From Amoebophrya sp. A120 (taxonomy: Eukaryota > Protista > Dinoflagellata): DNA of 64,000 nucleotides. The DNA lies in contig CAJINV010000018.1 in assembly GCA_905178155.1 (NCBI GenBank), forward strand, positions 1,399,776 through 1,463,775. The letters are read 5' to 3'. This document shows, one piece after another, positions 49,601 to 60,478 of this stretch. The translations under genes and the position numbers were made by a program. How positions within the stretch are numbered: the stretch's first letter is position 1; each line of letters starts with the position of its first letter. Below the pieces are notes generated by a model. It saw only the letters and a list, made by a program, of their open reading frames with translations, was not told the origin of the DNA and did no database searches.

Positions 49601-52600
49601 ACGTCACCGGGTACATCAAGGTAAGTACTATGAGCTCTTTGACAATACCAAAAATACAGAGCATTTATTTCGTTTGCTTGAGAAGAGCTGATACTGAAGG
49701 CAGCAGTTCTGCTTCTGCTCCTGCTGCTGGAGTGTACTGAAAGGTTGTTTTCTGTTGACCCAAGGATGAATACACAGTGTACAATTGAGAGTCACATCGT
49801 GCCAGAAAAATCTTTGAAGATTTGAATTGACAAAAATTGCAAAAAATCCTCAGGGCATCGGCGCGGAGCCGGGCATTTTTGAGGCGGGTATTTCCCTGCA
49901 GACGCTGTCCACCTTCCCGGGGTACATCATGTCGGTGGCTTACTATGCATTGCAAATATGTTGTCTGGGTCTGGAAAGATGTAACTTGTCATGCTGCATT
50001 TGCATACTACAAAAATTTGTATTCCATGGACAGCAAAACAAGGGTCCAGCTTTTGCCACGGCGAGAGGGCATTTCTCATGCGGTATAGGCATCAGGAAGC
50101 CCTCGCAAAATCTGTGATGCTAGGGCGTGCATCACTGACATCACGAGTCATGCAAAATGTGCCTGACAAACCTTGCATCCTTCGAGACCCAGACACATTT
50201 ACACTCGATACTTACGGGGGCATGTTGATCCTGGTCCAGGCCATGTCCACGATTATTTCCCGCATGATGCGGTTCACGCGAGAAGGGAAACGGATCGAGT
50301 TCGAGATTTTTTTCAACGTTTTTGCGCTGGTTTTCACGGTGTTGCTCCAGTACTACTTTACGCTACCCGTTTCCGTTGTCGGCACGGAACTGACACCCAC
50401 ACCCTTATCAAGTACAAATATGTCTGGGTCTGGAAATTTGTGATGCTAAATTGCGCACGATGAAAACACTTCCTCATGCAGGAAAGCATGACAAGTCTGC
50501 ACAGCGCTTTGTCATACGAACTCCGCATCAGAAATTGCGTTTTTGTATAACCACGCGCGAGGCTGCCACTTTTGTTGGTCATGCAACACAGATTTCACAG
50601 GAATGCAAGACCAGCATTACAAGTTCCAACTTTCCAGACCCAGACATATTTGCATTTGATAACCCTGGCTGGTCGACCACATGGCCCCGTTGAGCTTTCT
50701 GCACGAGTGGTGGCAGATATGAGAGTGCACAGCTCCCCCTCCCCCTCATTTGTATGGCATGAGCAGCAATACAAACGCTAGCGCGCATGAAGTCTATGCA
50801 TGACAAATCTACTTATGGTTCTAATGTAGTGCTGTTTGCTGGGCTTCCGGACTTTGTCATGCAAACAGTGCCAGCACAAGGCAGCGACTGGATTCGGCAA
50901 CTTGCATGACAAATGAGGGGGGGTGGAATTATGCACTGTCATAGCAGAGTTACGACATGGAAATGGTCCGGTTGATCTACGAAATCACCTTCTCCCAGTT
51001 CGTGGTTCTCGCCGTGATTCCTGTCGGCTCCTACGACTGCGTTTTCTACCTCGGCTATCCTGAGTAAAAACGTACCCACACCAGAGTCAGGATGGGGATT
51101 TTGCAACACAAACCTAGGAGTTTTGTGAGTCACGCATGACAAGTTGCGTTCTGCAGTGTAGTGCAGGTTAGCAAGTGCAGCCGCATCACAGATTCATCTG
51201 CTCATCCTGTTCACAGCATCACAAATTCCAAAACACGACTGGAGATGGCTCTCATAGGGATGCGCATTACAAGTCTTCCTGTCTTTGCAAATCTGCATTA
51301 CAACTCTGGTGTGGGGACGTTTTTACTCAGGATATCGGCAGGTTCGTGACCCGCCTGTTCAGCACGAAAACCTGGTCGGTCCGCGACGTGGAGGCGTTCT
51401 TCGACTATGACCGTGCACAACTCCCCCTCCCGCTCATTTGGCATGCAGAAGCCCAAAGCCAGTCGCTTCCTTGTGGCACTGTTTGCATGACAAATTTTGG
51501 AAGCCCGAACAGTACTGCACTAGACACACAAATTTGTCATTCATAGACTCCACGCGTGGTGGTATTTGTATTGCTGTTCATGCTATACAAATGAGGAGGA
51601 GGGGGAGTAATGCACTGTTATATCGAGCCGACCGAGTGCAGCATCCCGCAGGACTACGCACAGAACACGTTCTTCCTCGTTTGTGTCTTTCTCCAGCTGT
51701 TTATGGCGGGCGCGAACTCGTACACGGTACTGATCTTTATCGCGATGTATGCTTTGTGGGAGCTCGTTTCCCAGCGCTACTGCTATCTGCGGATGGCGAT
51801 GCCCTTGCCCATCGCTTCCTCCAGTGTGGACTCCGCGGCGCAGTTTAATCTCGGCGTCTGGGTGTCCATCATCTTAGGCGCAGTGCTCGGGCGGTGGGCC
51901 CAGAAGCTGCGGCGGAACGGCCGGTCCCGGTTGTATCCTGTGCAAAAGTATCGTACTCGTAGCAATCGCAGTCATGCATTACGAATTTCTCTCTCAAGTC
52001 AAATCCGCATTACAAATCGCATTTCTCACCACGCCGAGGAAACTTGTCATGCGATTACTTATACATTATATTAATGCGAAAAAAGAGGTAGACAGAGGGT
52101 CCCAGAGAGGTGGCCGAGAGGTAAAAAAGAGGTCGACAGAGGTAGAAAAGAGGTCGACAGAGGTGGAGAGGTGGCGCGGGACCCCGTTCGAGAGGGTCCG
52201 CGAGAGGGCGCGCGAATAAGGCCCGCAGTAAGGGCCCACCCTTAGGCGCCGCCTAAGTGGCACAGAGGGTGCAGAGAGGTCAAAAAGAGGGGGCGCGAGA
52301 GGTCGACAGAGGTGGCGAGAGGTGGCGCGAATAGGGGGCGACCTCTCGCGGACCCTCTTGGCCACCTCTCGGCCACCTCTGTCGACCTCTACCCGCGAGT
52401 ATAGCCGGACTATTAGCGGGGACCCCCAAAAGAGGTCAAAAAGAGGGTCTGCGAGAGGTCTGCGAGAGGGTAAAACACAAAGAAGCGGGCGCGAATCCGC
52501 ATGGCACTGCCCATATTTGGCACTGCAGGCCATTCCTTCGCGGAGCTGTTTTGTTCGGCGCCTTTCCGCGCCATCCTCTCGCGCACCCTCTCGCGCCACC

Positions 52601-55600
52601 CTCTTGCGCCACCCTCTCGCGCACCCTCTCGCGCCACCCTCTCGCGCTACCCTCTCCCGCCGGGCGGCTTCTGTTCGCCCCCGGTGTTCTTTGCAGCTGC
52701 TCCCTGCGCAGAGCGCCCACAGGCGCGGGAAGCGCGCAAGTGGTCCTGCGGGTTGGCGAGGCGCAATATGTTTCGTTGTGCATAGGCCCGCGGGGTTGTG
52801 GTCCGATCGGCAAACAGTCTTGCCCCGGCCCAACAGCCTTGCGCTCCGGCGGCAGCCGGAGCATGGCTAGTTATATACTAGTGCGATGCTTTTGCATTTC
52901 ATAGGTTGTGCTACGACGCCAAAATTGATACCGAGCACGGGAGCAGGGACAACAGCTACTGCAACGACGCGGGAAACGCGTTCTGGGACCAGGTGTGGCT
53001 GTATGTTGCCGGGTCGGCTCTGTGCGTGGCGTTGTTTGTGTTCTCGTGGACTTATTTGCAGCAAAAAATTCTCCGCAACTGGGGTCAACGGAAGTTGGTG
53101 GAAAAAATCTCGGCCGAGATTATGGAGGAGCAACTCGACATTGATTCTGGGGAAGATGAAACGATAACTACGAACAACAAGAACACCTTTATTTCTCGTC
53201 GGCAGACGGCGAGTACTAGAAATAAAGCTTCTTCATCTCCCAGCAACGTAACGGTGTTGAAACTTCAAAAGAACCTCACGGCAATATCCTGTGTAAAAAC
53301 GTCCCCACCCCATAGTCAAGATGGGGATCTCGCAACACAAATCGAAAAGTTTTGGGAGTCAAGCATGACAAGTTCGTCTCCGTATCGTAGTGCAGTTTAG
53401 CAAGTACAGCCGCAACACAAATACATCTACTCATCCTGTTTACAGTATTACAAAGTCCAAAACGCCATTGGAAATGACTCTCATGGAGATACGCATATAC
53501 AAATCTTCCTGTAACTGCAAATCTGCATGACAAGTATGGGGTGGGGACGTTTTTACTTGGGATAGGCGAAAAAAAGTAGTAAAGAAAATACGGTTAGCAC
53601 ACCATTCCCATTGCCGTCGCCGGGCCGAGCTAGTGCGGAGGGCGAGGCGGGTCCATTTTTCGGAATGGTGGAAAGTGGCTACGACCCACGAGAGTCGGAA
53701 AACAACGAGGTGGAAGATGTGCAAGAGATCAATGAACAGCGAGCTGCAGGGGACGACCCCTCGGCCTCCAGTGCAGGTAGCAGGATCATAAGAGACAAGA
53801 ATGTCACTAAGCCTCACACTCGGCATTCCTGGATTCCAGAGTACTTGCTCGACGGCGATGAAACAGATGTTGAAGTGATCGACGACAACGATGAAGCGAC
53901 CGATTTTGAGAACAACAGCGACGGGGGGAGAAACGAAGATTCGAAACAGACCAATCGGAAAATGATAAACAGCAAGAAACGCCCGATAATCGGCACAGCA
54001 GAAGGATCCTCATCCTCTCCTTCACGGGTGGACCAAAGCGCTAGCAATGCCATCACTTCCACGCTTGCCAAGGTGAAAAACTTCACCCATACCACCATTT
54101 TTGCGGGACGAGGGCCCAACAAAAATCTTCCGCACGGAAAGAGACATCGCGCTACGCACAACGATGTTGAGCGACACGTGTCCTACAACTACCTGAACGC
54201 CAATCCGGGACACTGCTTGAAAGCCTGGTTTGGCTTGCTGGAGGAGGAATTGCAATTTTGCGACAACCGGAACACGGAGTTTTACAAGTCCCACATTTCC
54301 TTCAAGCGCTACAGTGACGTTCCCTGTTACTTCCAGCGCGGCAAGGAGTACCTGTTTGACCAGTACCATCAACGGGGGTACATGCAGTCGCGCAAGTACC
54401 ACATCGGTCAGGAGCACGAGGATTTCTGTCCGTGTTACCCCTGCAGGCGGAAGGAAGACATGATAACCACGGGGCGAGAGGCGGTGGCCATCGGGGGGTA
54501 TTTCAACGATCAGCGGGTGGTCGTGGGGAATGTGGTCGAAGCCGGAGAAGACAACGAAAACGATCTCGCGAGGAGAAACAACATCGTCGATAATGCGGGA
54601 TTGCTGGGAGCGCAGACGTATGACGAGGCAATCGACGACTTGGAGCGAATGAGTATTTCCTCCGGAGGGGGCGAAAACAGTGACGCTATGGATTTGAAAC
54701 TTGCCGAATTGAACGAGAAGCGCACGACTTCGCGGTTGTCGTCTCTGGCGAAGGCTGGTGGAAGTGGTTCCCCGCCGAGCGGCGGGGCGCTTGTGGACTG
54801 GTTCACAAAGACCCTTGGAGCTGCCGGTTTATCTTCTGCAAGCTCAAGTAGACCACCGCCCAAAGGGAGGCAGGGGAGAGGGACGCGACTATTTGCGACG
54901 CGTGGAACTGAGGCGCCAGCCGCGCCAGCAGGTGGAGGTGCAACGACGGGAGGTAACACTGACAGGAGCAATGACGAGGACCCGCCGAATACTTCTTCTA
55001 GTAGTGCTGCTGCTAAAGCAAAAGCGAAAGCTCCCTCTCTTGCTGCCGGGAAGGAAAAAGTTCTTGACGGCGCTACTTCGGATTCCGCAGCGAAGTTGTC
55101 TGCACAGGCCAGAGCAGCGGACTTTTATCGAGCTGCTTCATCTCAGCAACGGAAAGAAAAGGGAGGGGAAATAAAGGTAAAGAAAACTTCATCACCAGCA
55201 GCGGCAAACCAAAAAGAGAAACTTCTGACGAAGAATAAAGTCGTGCCAGGTGTTGAAGCTGATGCAGCGCTCGCAAGAGCCGACGAAGAGGAGCAAGATC
55301 CTGACCAAGTATCAAATGTAAAAATGTCTGGGTCTGGAAACTTGTGATGCTGGGTGGCGTCTCATGATGAGGCGACAAATGCTGGCTCAGCATCACAAGT
55401 TTCTGCGCGTCCCGGTGTTGCCTATTCTGCATGACAAACTGCGTTTCTGCATCACAGAAAAATGGAGCTCTTGGGTAACGTGCATGACAAATTTAAGAGT
55501 CATGCCAGACAAGCATGACAAACATGCATTCTCCCAGACCCAGACATTTTCACATTTGATACCAAGGCAGTAGCGGTGATCGTCTGCACCAGACTCCGCA

Positions 55601-56825
55601 AGCGCAGGGCAATGCTACAGGTGCGAAGAGCGAAAAGAACACTTCTAGCAGCAAAAACTCGACGTCCGGTAAAAAAAATGAAAATACTAGCAGCAGTTCC
55701 TACCTCTACTACCAGCGGACTGCGACAGTGTCCTCTGTCTCTGCGATGACGACGCCACGACCACCTTTCTCAACCAGCACCACACCGCGACAGACTGCAG
55801 ATGGGGGCGTTCTTTCAACCAGCGATACACCACGAACCAAGAACATGATGACTGCAGAGGAAACGAATCATGTTTCACCTGCACCAGAACAAGAGATTCC
55901 GCACGAGCAGGAAGGTTCATCTCTAGTACAAGCATCCCCAATTACATCCGAGAGAAGTACTACAAATAAACCGCGACAAGATCACCGGCCCTTGCCTATC
56001 GACCTGGTGAATCACGGAGTTTTGAAGTCGGAAAAGAACAACGTCGGTAGGAAAAATTTCCCCGGAGTGGAAGTGCCACTGCCACCAAAAGCAGCTCCAG
56101 GAGGTCGAGCTGCGCCGAACAGGAGCAATGTGCAGCAGCAGCAACAGCAGCAGCAGCAAGGGACCACGACTCACCTTCACGAGGACCACCACGAGCAGCT
56201 TTTGCACTCGGAATCTTCTGGAAACGAAGCCACGAGGGAGAAGATTATTCACCTGGACCATCACCTGAATAGCGACCCGGAAGAGCAGGAGGTCCATCTG
56301 GACAGTCATATCGATAGCGACGAGCATGGTCACTTGCGCGTTCTTCGTCGTGCTGCAACGAACAAAAACCGCGAGGATCACCCGGAAGTCGTGCACTTGG
56401 ATCAGCACATCGACAGTGACGAACACCAGTATCTCCGCGTTGGAGGCGGTGATGTCGGTGTGAAGAAAAGTAACTCGAAGGGCGTGGCTTTGGCTAAGCC
56501 TAAGACTTCGCCTCCTTCGCCGTCATCGAGTCGTCCCAACAACAAGGTTGGTGGTAACAAAGAACTGGCTGGCAGATTGCAGGGGTTCGCGGCCGCAAGT
56601 AGTACAGCCGCAGGCAGTTCTGCTAAAAACAGGAACAGGAACGAGGCCGCAACTGCTGCGTCAGTAGGTGCACAAGGAGTTTTGACAGAACCCCCACTTC
56701 TAGGGGCTGGTGGCGGTGGCAACTACAGTAAGGCCAGCGCACCCGCTGCAGAACAGGGGCCAAGAAGCGCGGCGTTTGGCCAAGAAGGGTCGCAAGGCTC
56801 GAGCGTGGAAACGCTGGAAGAGTGA
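43698..56825 (+). CDS. Large multipass membrane protein, OSCA/CSC1/TMEM63-like
   Basis: Signal-like N-terminus, CxxC-rich extracellular segment, GVGFNLYF, TMDRFAIRMTGF, SIAYDF and SGTVFVV motifs, many TM segments, long low-complexity tail. Removing 13 TIR elements and GT-AG intron 49621-49853 gives one frame of about 2,930 aa. Confidence 0.65.
46948..47212. mobile_element. Introner family A
   Basis: TIRs; direct repeat GACCG; removal joins IRMT-GFTPE. Confidence 0.92.
47280..47506. mobile_element. Introner family H (TGT-starting)
   Basis: TGTTACAATCTCAAACGTT...AACGTTTGAGATAGTAACG; degenerate repeat TCAGA/TTTGA; frame restored. Confidence 0.85.
48218..48497. mobile_element. Introner family B
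   Basis: TIRs; direct repeat GGGAA; body like 560-838. Confidence 0.92.
48565..48815. mobile_element. Introner family A
   Basis: TIRs; direct repeat CGTAC. Confidence 0.92.
49262..49534. mobile_element. Introner family A
   Basis: TIRs; degenerate repeat GGGTT/CCGTT; frame restored. Confidence 0.88.
49944..50210. mobile_element. Introner family A
   Basis: TIRs; direct repeat CTTAC; body like 18573-18838. Confidence 0.92.
50406..50661. mobile_element. Introner family A
   Basis: TIRs; direct repeat ACCCT. Confidence 0.92.
50718..50943. mobile_element. Introner family F
   Basis: TATGAGAGTGCA...TGCACTGTCATA; direct repeat GCAGA. Confidence 0.92.
51056..51334. mobile_element. Introner family B (inverted relative to 21305-21570)
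   Basis: TIRs; direct repeat TCGGC. Confidence 0.93.
51406..51622. mobile_element. Introner family F (inverted relative to 50718-50943)
   Basis: TIRs; repeat TCGAC/TCGAG. Confidence 0.9.
51934..52903. mobile_element. Introner family D carrying a nested insertion
   Basis: Family D ends; direct repeat GGTTG; removal joins RSRL-CYDAK. Confidence 0.9.
52057..52870 (+). mobile_element. Nested non-autonomous Helitron-like element
   Basis: 3' hairpin GCTCCGGC-GGCA-GCCGGAGC (52843-52862) then CTAG|T; AT-rich 5' end; internal AGAGGT/ACCTCT repeat arrays; left boundary uncertain by a few bp. Confidence 0.65.
53285..53564. mobile_element. Introner family B
   Basis: TIRs; repeat GGCAA/GGCGA; frame restored. 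Confidence 0.9.
55310..55561. mobile_element. Introner family A (inverted relative to 23986 and 27950 copies)
   Basis: TIRs; direct repeat CCAAG. Confidence 0.93.
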
Positions 56826-57461
56826 AAATAGAGCTGCAAGAACTTTGTAGTTTCCAAGAACTGCTGGCAACACTCGTCTATTGAACTTGTTTCAAAATCA
56901 AACACACTATGCTTGTGTTTCTTGTTTTTCCACTTGCTATGGAACTGTAGGATTGACATCCATTCTCAAGAACAACTCAACAAAATGAAAGATAAAGATG
57001 ACCGCTGCCGCGAACAGATGTAGAAGTTGCGGGTACTGTAGAATCGTTCTAGTACTCGTGTACGAGGACCACGGAGTAGCATCGTCGAAGCAGCGGCTGC
57101 CTCATTTCGTTGCCCTGTTCTCAAGTCACAAAGCAAAAAATCTCGCGGTTCTGGATCTCTTTTTTAAAGCATGATCACCAAAAAGTAGAAAAAGCTGTGG
57201 ATGAATTGTTTTGCTGCGGCGCAGCACGAGATCCTGATCGAAAGGTTCGCTCGATCGCGGTGTTTCTGTTTCCTTTCCTGGTGCTGTTTGTGCTTTTTTC
57301 GGTTCTGCCTTTTCTGGTTCCGGTACCTACCTAACAAAGTGCATTCAAGTAAGTACTTTATTCACTTTTCCGAGGACTTGATACCGTCTCACAGAAGGTG
57401 TTTATCTTCTGGAAGACTTCGGCATCAGCATCAGGCTCAAGAGCCACTGCTTTACTGCGAC

Positions 57462-59517
57462 ATGATGCGAAATAAAGAACAAACTTTGCGCGCTGCAACA
57501 AGCGTGTGGCTGTGGTTGACACCCCGACACTTCTTACCGCCGCACGAAATATTTGAACCAGGTGCAGGAGGTCTCAATGCCGTCGCTGCGTACCGAGGGG
57601 CAGATGTGCGGTCGATGGACGTCACAGGAGATGAAGAAGTAGACTACGAAGCGCAACAAGGGCAAGACCCGTGGCTCGAAGAGGACCAAGCGCGCGAGCA
57701 CTCACAAGCCGCAAGAAAGGCTGCAGGGCGTGAAGACGATAAAAGCCACACTGGTACTAGCGCCCCCCTTGATCAACAGCAGCACAAAAACGAGGAATTA
57801 TTCGGCGAAGTTTCCGGGGAGCTGCGTCAAGCACTGCTCAGACGCAGGGTCAGGGCGGATTCGACAAACCCGGAAGTAGAGTGTCCTGTAACTACTGGCA
57901 CACGACGACCAGGAGATAGCACAACGGACGGCGCAGCTGTCGATGAATCTTCAACAGCATTTTCCTCCTGTAACAAGAAGACCTCCTACTTTTGCTCGTC
58001 CCCATCTGATGTACAACTCCTAGCTACGCCAACTGCATCCGGCGACGACGAAGCACACCATCGTCAGCTCCGCCTCCAGAACTACCCGCACCAAGACGAA
58101 ATCACGCCGGAACTACAACTCCGTTTACAAAAACAGCTGGACCGGGCAAGAACTCTAGGACCCCAAACGGGGACGCACAACTGTCTCGCAAAACTGTACG
58201 ACAAAGACGAGATCGTGCAGGGTGACCGGCCCAGTGCCAAGGTGGTACTCGGGGAGGAAGCGTCTTCGGAATTGAAGCAGAAATTAAACGCGCGGAAAGC
58301 GGTGATGGGAGAATTGTTGTCGAATATTAAGGGGACTAAGGATAGAAATGATGGTGTAGAAGTTGTAGCAAGTGCACGCAGCTGCAAAGAGGAAGAGCAA
58401 CACAAGGAGGTAGAAGACTCAGAAATGGTCGAGCAAGATAGAAATTCTCGTGCTGTTGAAGATCATACAACTTTTTCTCCGCCAGCTCGTCTTCACTTTT
58501 CGCTTACACAAGAAGAAGCACGGGCGGAAATCATGGAAAAACACACAACTTCTGTTGGTCCACATACGTCGGCGCTTTCTACTTCTTCTCTTTCATCGAA
58601 GAAACCTCCAGTAGCAGCAGTTTCTCCAACAGCACCGTCTTGTTCTACCGACGTACGGTCGTTGGCTTTGCTGTCCAGAGATGATTCTACTCGTAGTAAT
58701 CGACTGCATAAAAACTACTCAGGGAAAGAAACCAGCTCGTCAGAAACGACCACGACGGGGCTTGTTCTCCCGAGTGGGAGAACGAAGGGCCGCTCGGTTT
58801 CCTTTCAAATTCAAACCGTTGAAGATGCGAAGAAAAGCAGCTCGTCTACTAGTACTCCTGCTGCACGAGAACTTGTAAGCGCGGAGCATCTGGCCCCTTC
58901 TTCACCCTCCACTTCGGATATTAAAGGTAGCGCAAGAACCAGCAGTCCAACGAACGCCGTTGCATTTTCGCCTGACGGTTCCGGTTGCTACCACCTCGTT
59001 GACCCTGGGTATGTGGAAAACGTGAAACGGCAGATGCACGATTTGGAATCCGCGGGCGAACCCTGGACGGAATTGATGAATCTGTTGACGTATCCTGTGC
59101 AAAAGTATCGTATTCGTATAAATGCAAGTCTTGCATTACAAATTTTTTTCTCAAGGTAAATCCGCATTACAAATTTTAATTCTCATGCTGAGGGAATTTG
59201 TCATGCATTTATACGAGTGCGATACTTTTGCAGTCCATATTCCGGCTTTCAAACAGGCGGAGCAATTGCGGAAGATAAAGGAGTTCGCGACGATTCCGGA
59301 AGAGCACAAAAAGCTGCAATTTCTCTACATCGTGCACCGGGAGCGGTTTTCGGATCTGCGGCTTCAGTTTTTAGACGAAGAGATGGAGAAATTGATCGAA
59401 AAATGCGTCAAGGGCGAAGAGCAGACAGCTGGTGGTTCACGCGCAGTAGACAAGCGAAGACTACAGTTACAAGACGAGGAGCACATGATCCTCGGGAAGG
59501 ATAGAGAAAAAAAGTGA
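57462..59517 (+). CDS. Hypothetical protein (low-complexity, one introner)
   Basis: Long ORF joined in frame to the terminal exon by removing 59091-59239 plus 5 nt; true start uncertain (ORF open from 57201). Confidence 0.65.
59091..59239. mobile_element. Introner family D
   Basis: TATCCTGTGCAAAAGTATCG...CGATACTTTTGCAGTCCATA; degenerate repeat TGACG/TTCCG. Confidence 0.88.
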
Positions 59518-60478
59518 TCTTTTCTACTTTCTCAAAAGAGAAAGAGTTCATGATGTTGTCCGAGTTCGCATTCGCTTTCTGACGAGGACCTACTTTTCCG
59601 GCTCTTCCTTGTGTTGCAGACATATCATATTAGACGTGCGTTAATCGGATAGACCGATGACTCGATGATTTTTGGTTTTTTGGAAAATTGTCGCAGCGCG
59701 TACCGGTGGTCTTTTTGTGCACGACGCCTGACGTGTGCTTTCCACACTGACTTTGATACAGCGTTAAGGAAAGCATCTTCAAAAAAAGACGCAAGCGCAT
59801 GCGTTCAATGTGAGATCAAATTCAAAAAGCCACGAGTTTGTTGTTCTTATCGTAGAATAGACTGGAGCTAAGAAAGAAGTTTTTGCTCCTGTAATGGCAG
59901 CCTTCAACATCGGTCACGAATGTCGTCCGCGCACTCGCTGCTGTGTATCCAAGTATAAAACCCATAAAGAAAAAGTCGCATTTGCATTTCAGCACTAGTG
60001 CCAGCGCTACACTACGACTCCTGCTCGGTGGGGAAATAAAAGGAAAAAGAAAGTCACTAAAGTAAGCATACTTTTCCGAAACGAAAGGAAGCTCGTATGG
60101 TTCTTTTGGGTTAACACTCGACTAGTCGTGCAATTCATTAGTTGTATCAACGTGCAGGAAACTGAGCAGACAAAGCAGACGAAAGCGCAACATCGTACAA
60201 CAGGAGAGCAGGGCGTCGAAGTTTTTAGCAATTCATCGTTCATCTCAGTAGACATAGAGATAGAGCCTAAACAAGAAAGCCGTATCTTCAAGAGTCTTTT
60301 CCGGGCAAAAAAACTGATGCAGGTCTACAACTCGTCAAGGTCAAACTCCCAGTGAGAACACGACAGTATTGTTGTTTACAAATAAACGCTTAGGTGGACG
60401 ACTCCATTGTAATATTAAATCCCAAACGCCTTTTAGTTTTTTTTTCTGACCAGCAAGACCTCCCAAAAATCCACAAAC

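Noticed and set aside
52066-52904. ORFs within the nested Helitron-like insert as a transposase
   Set aside because: Low-complexity Arg/Ala translations of repeats; no HUH, helicase or DDE motifs.
10815-55561. Recurrent peptides in the ORF track (MSGSG, PDPDIF, FQTQTF, KNVPTPE, SGVGTFLL) as a protein repeat family
   Set aside because: They are translations of the family A and B TIRs, not coding sequence.
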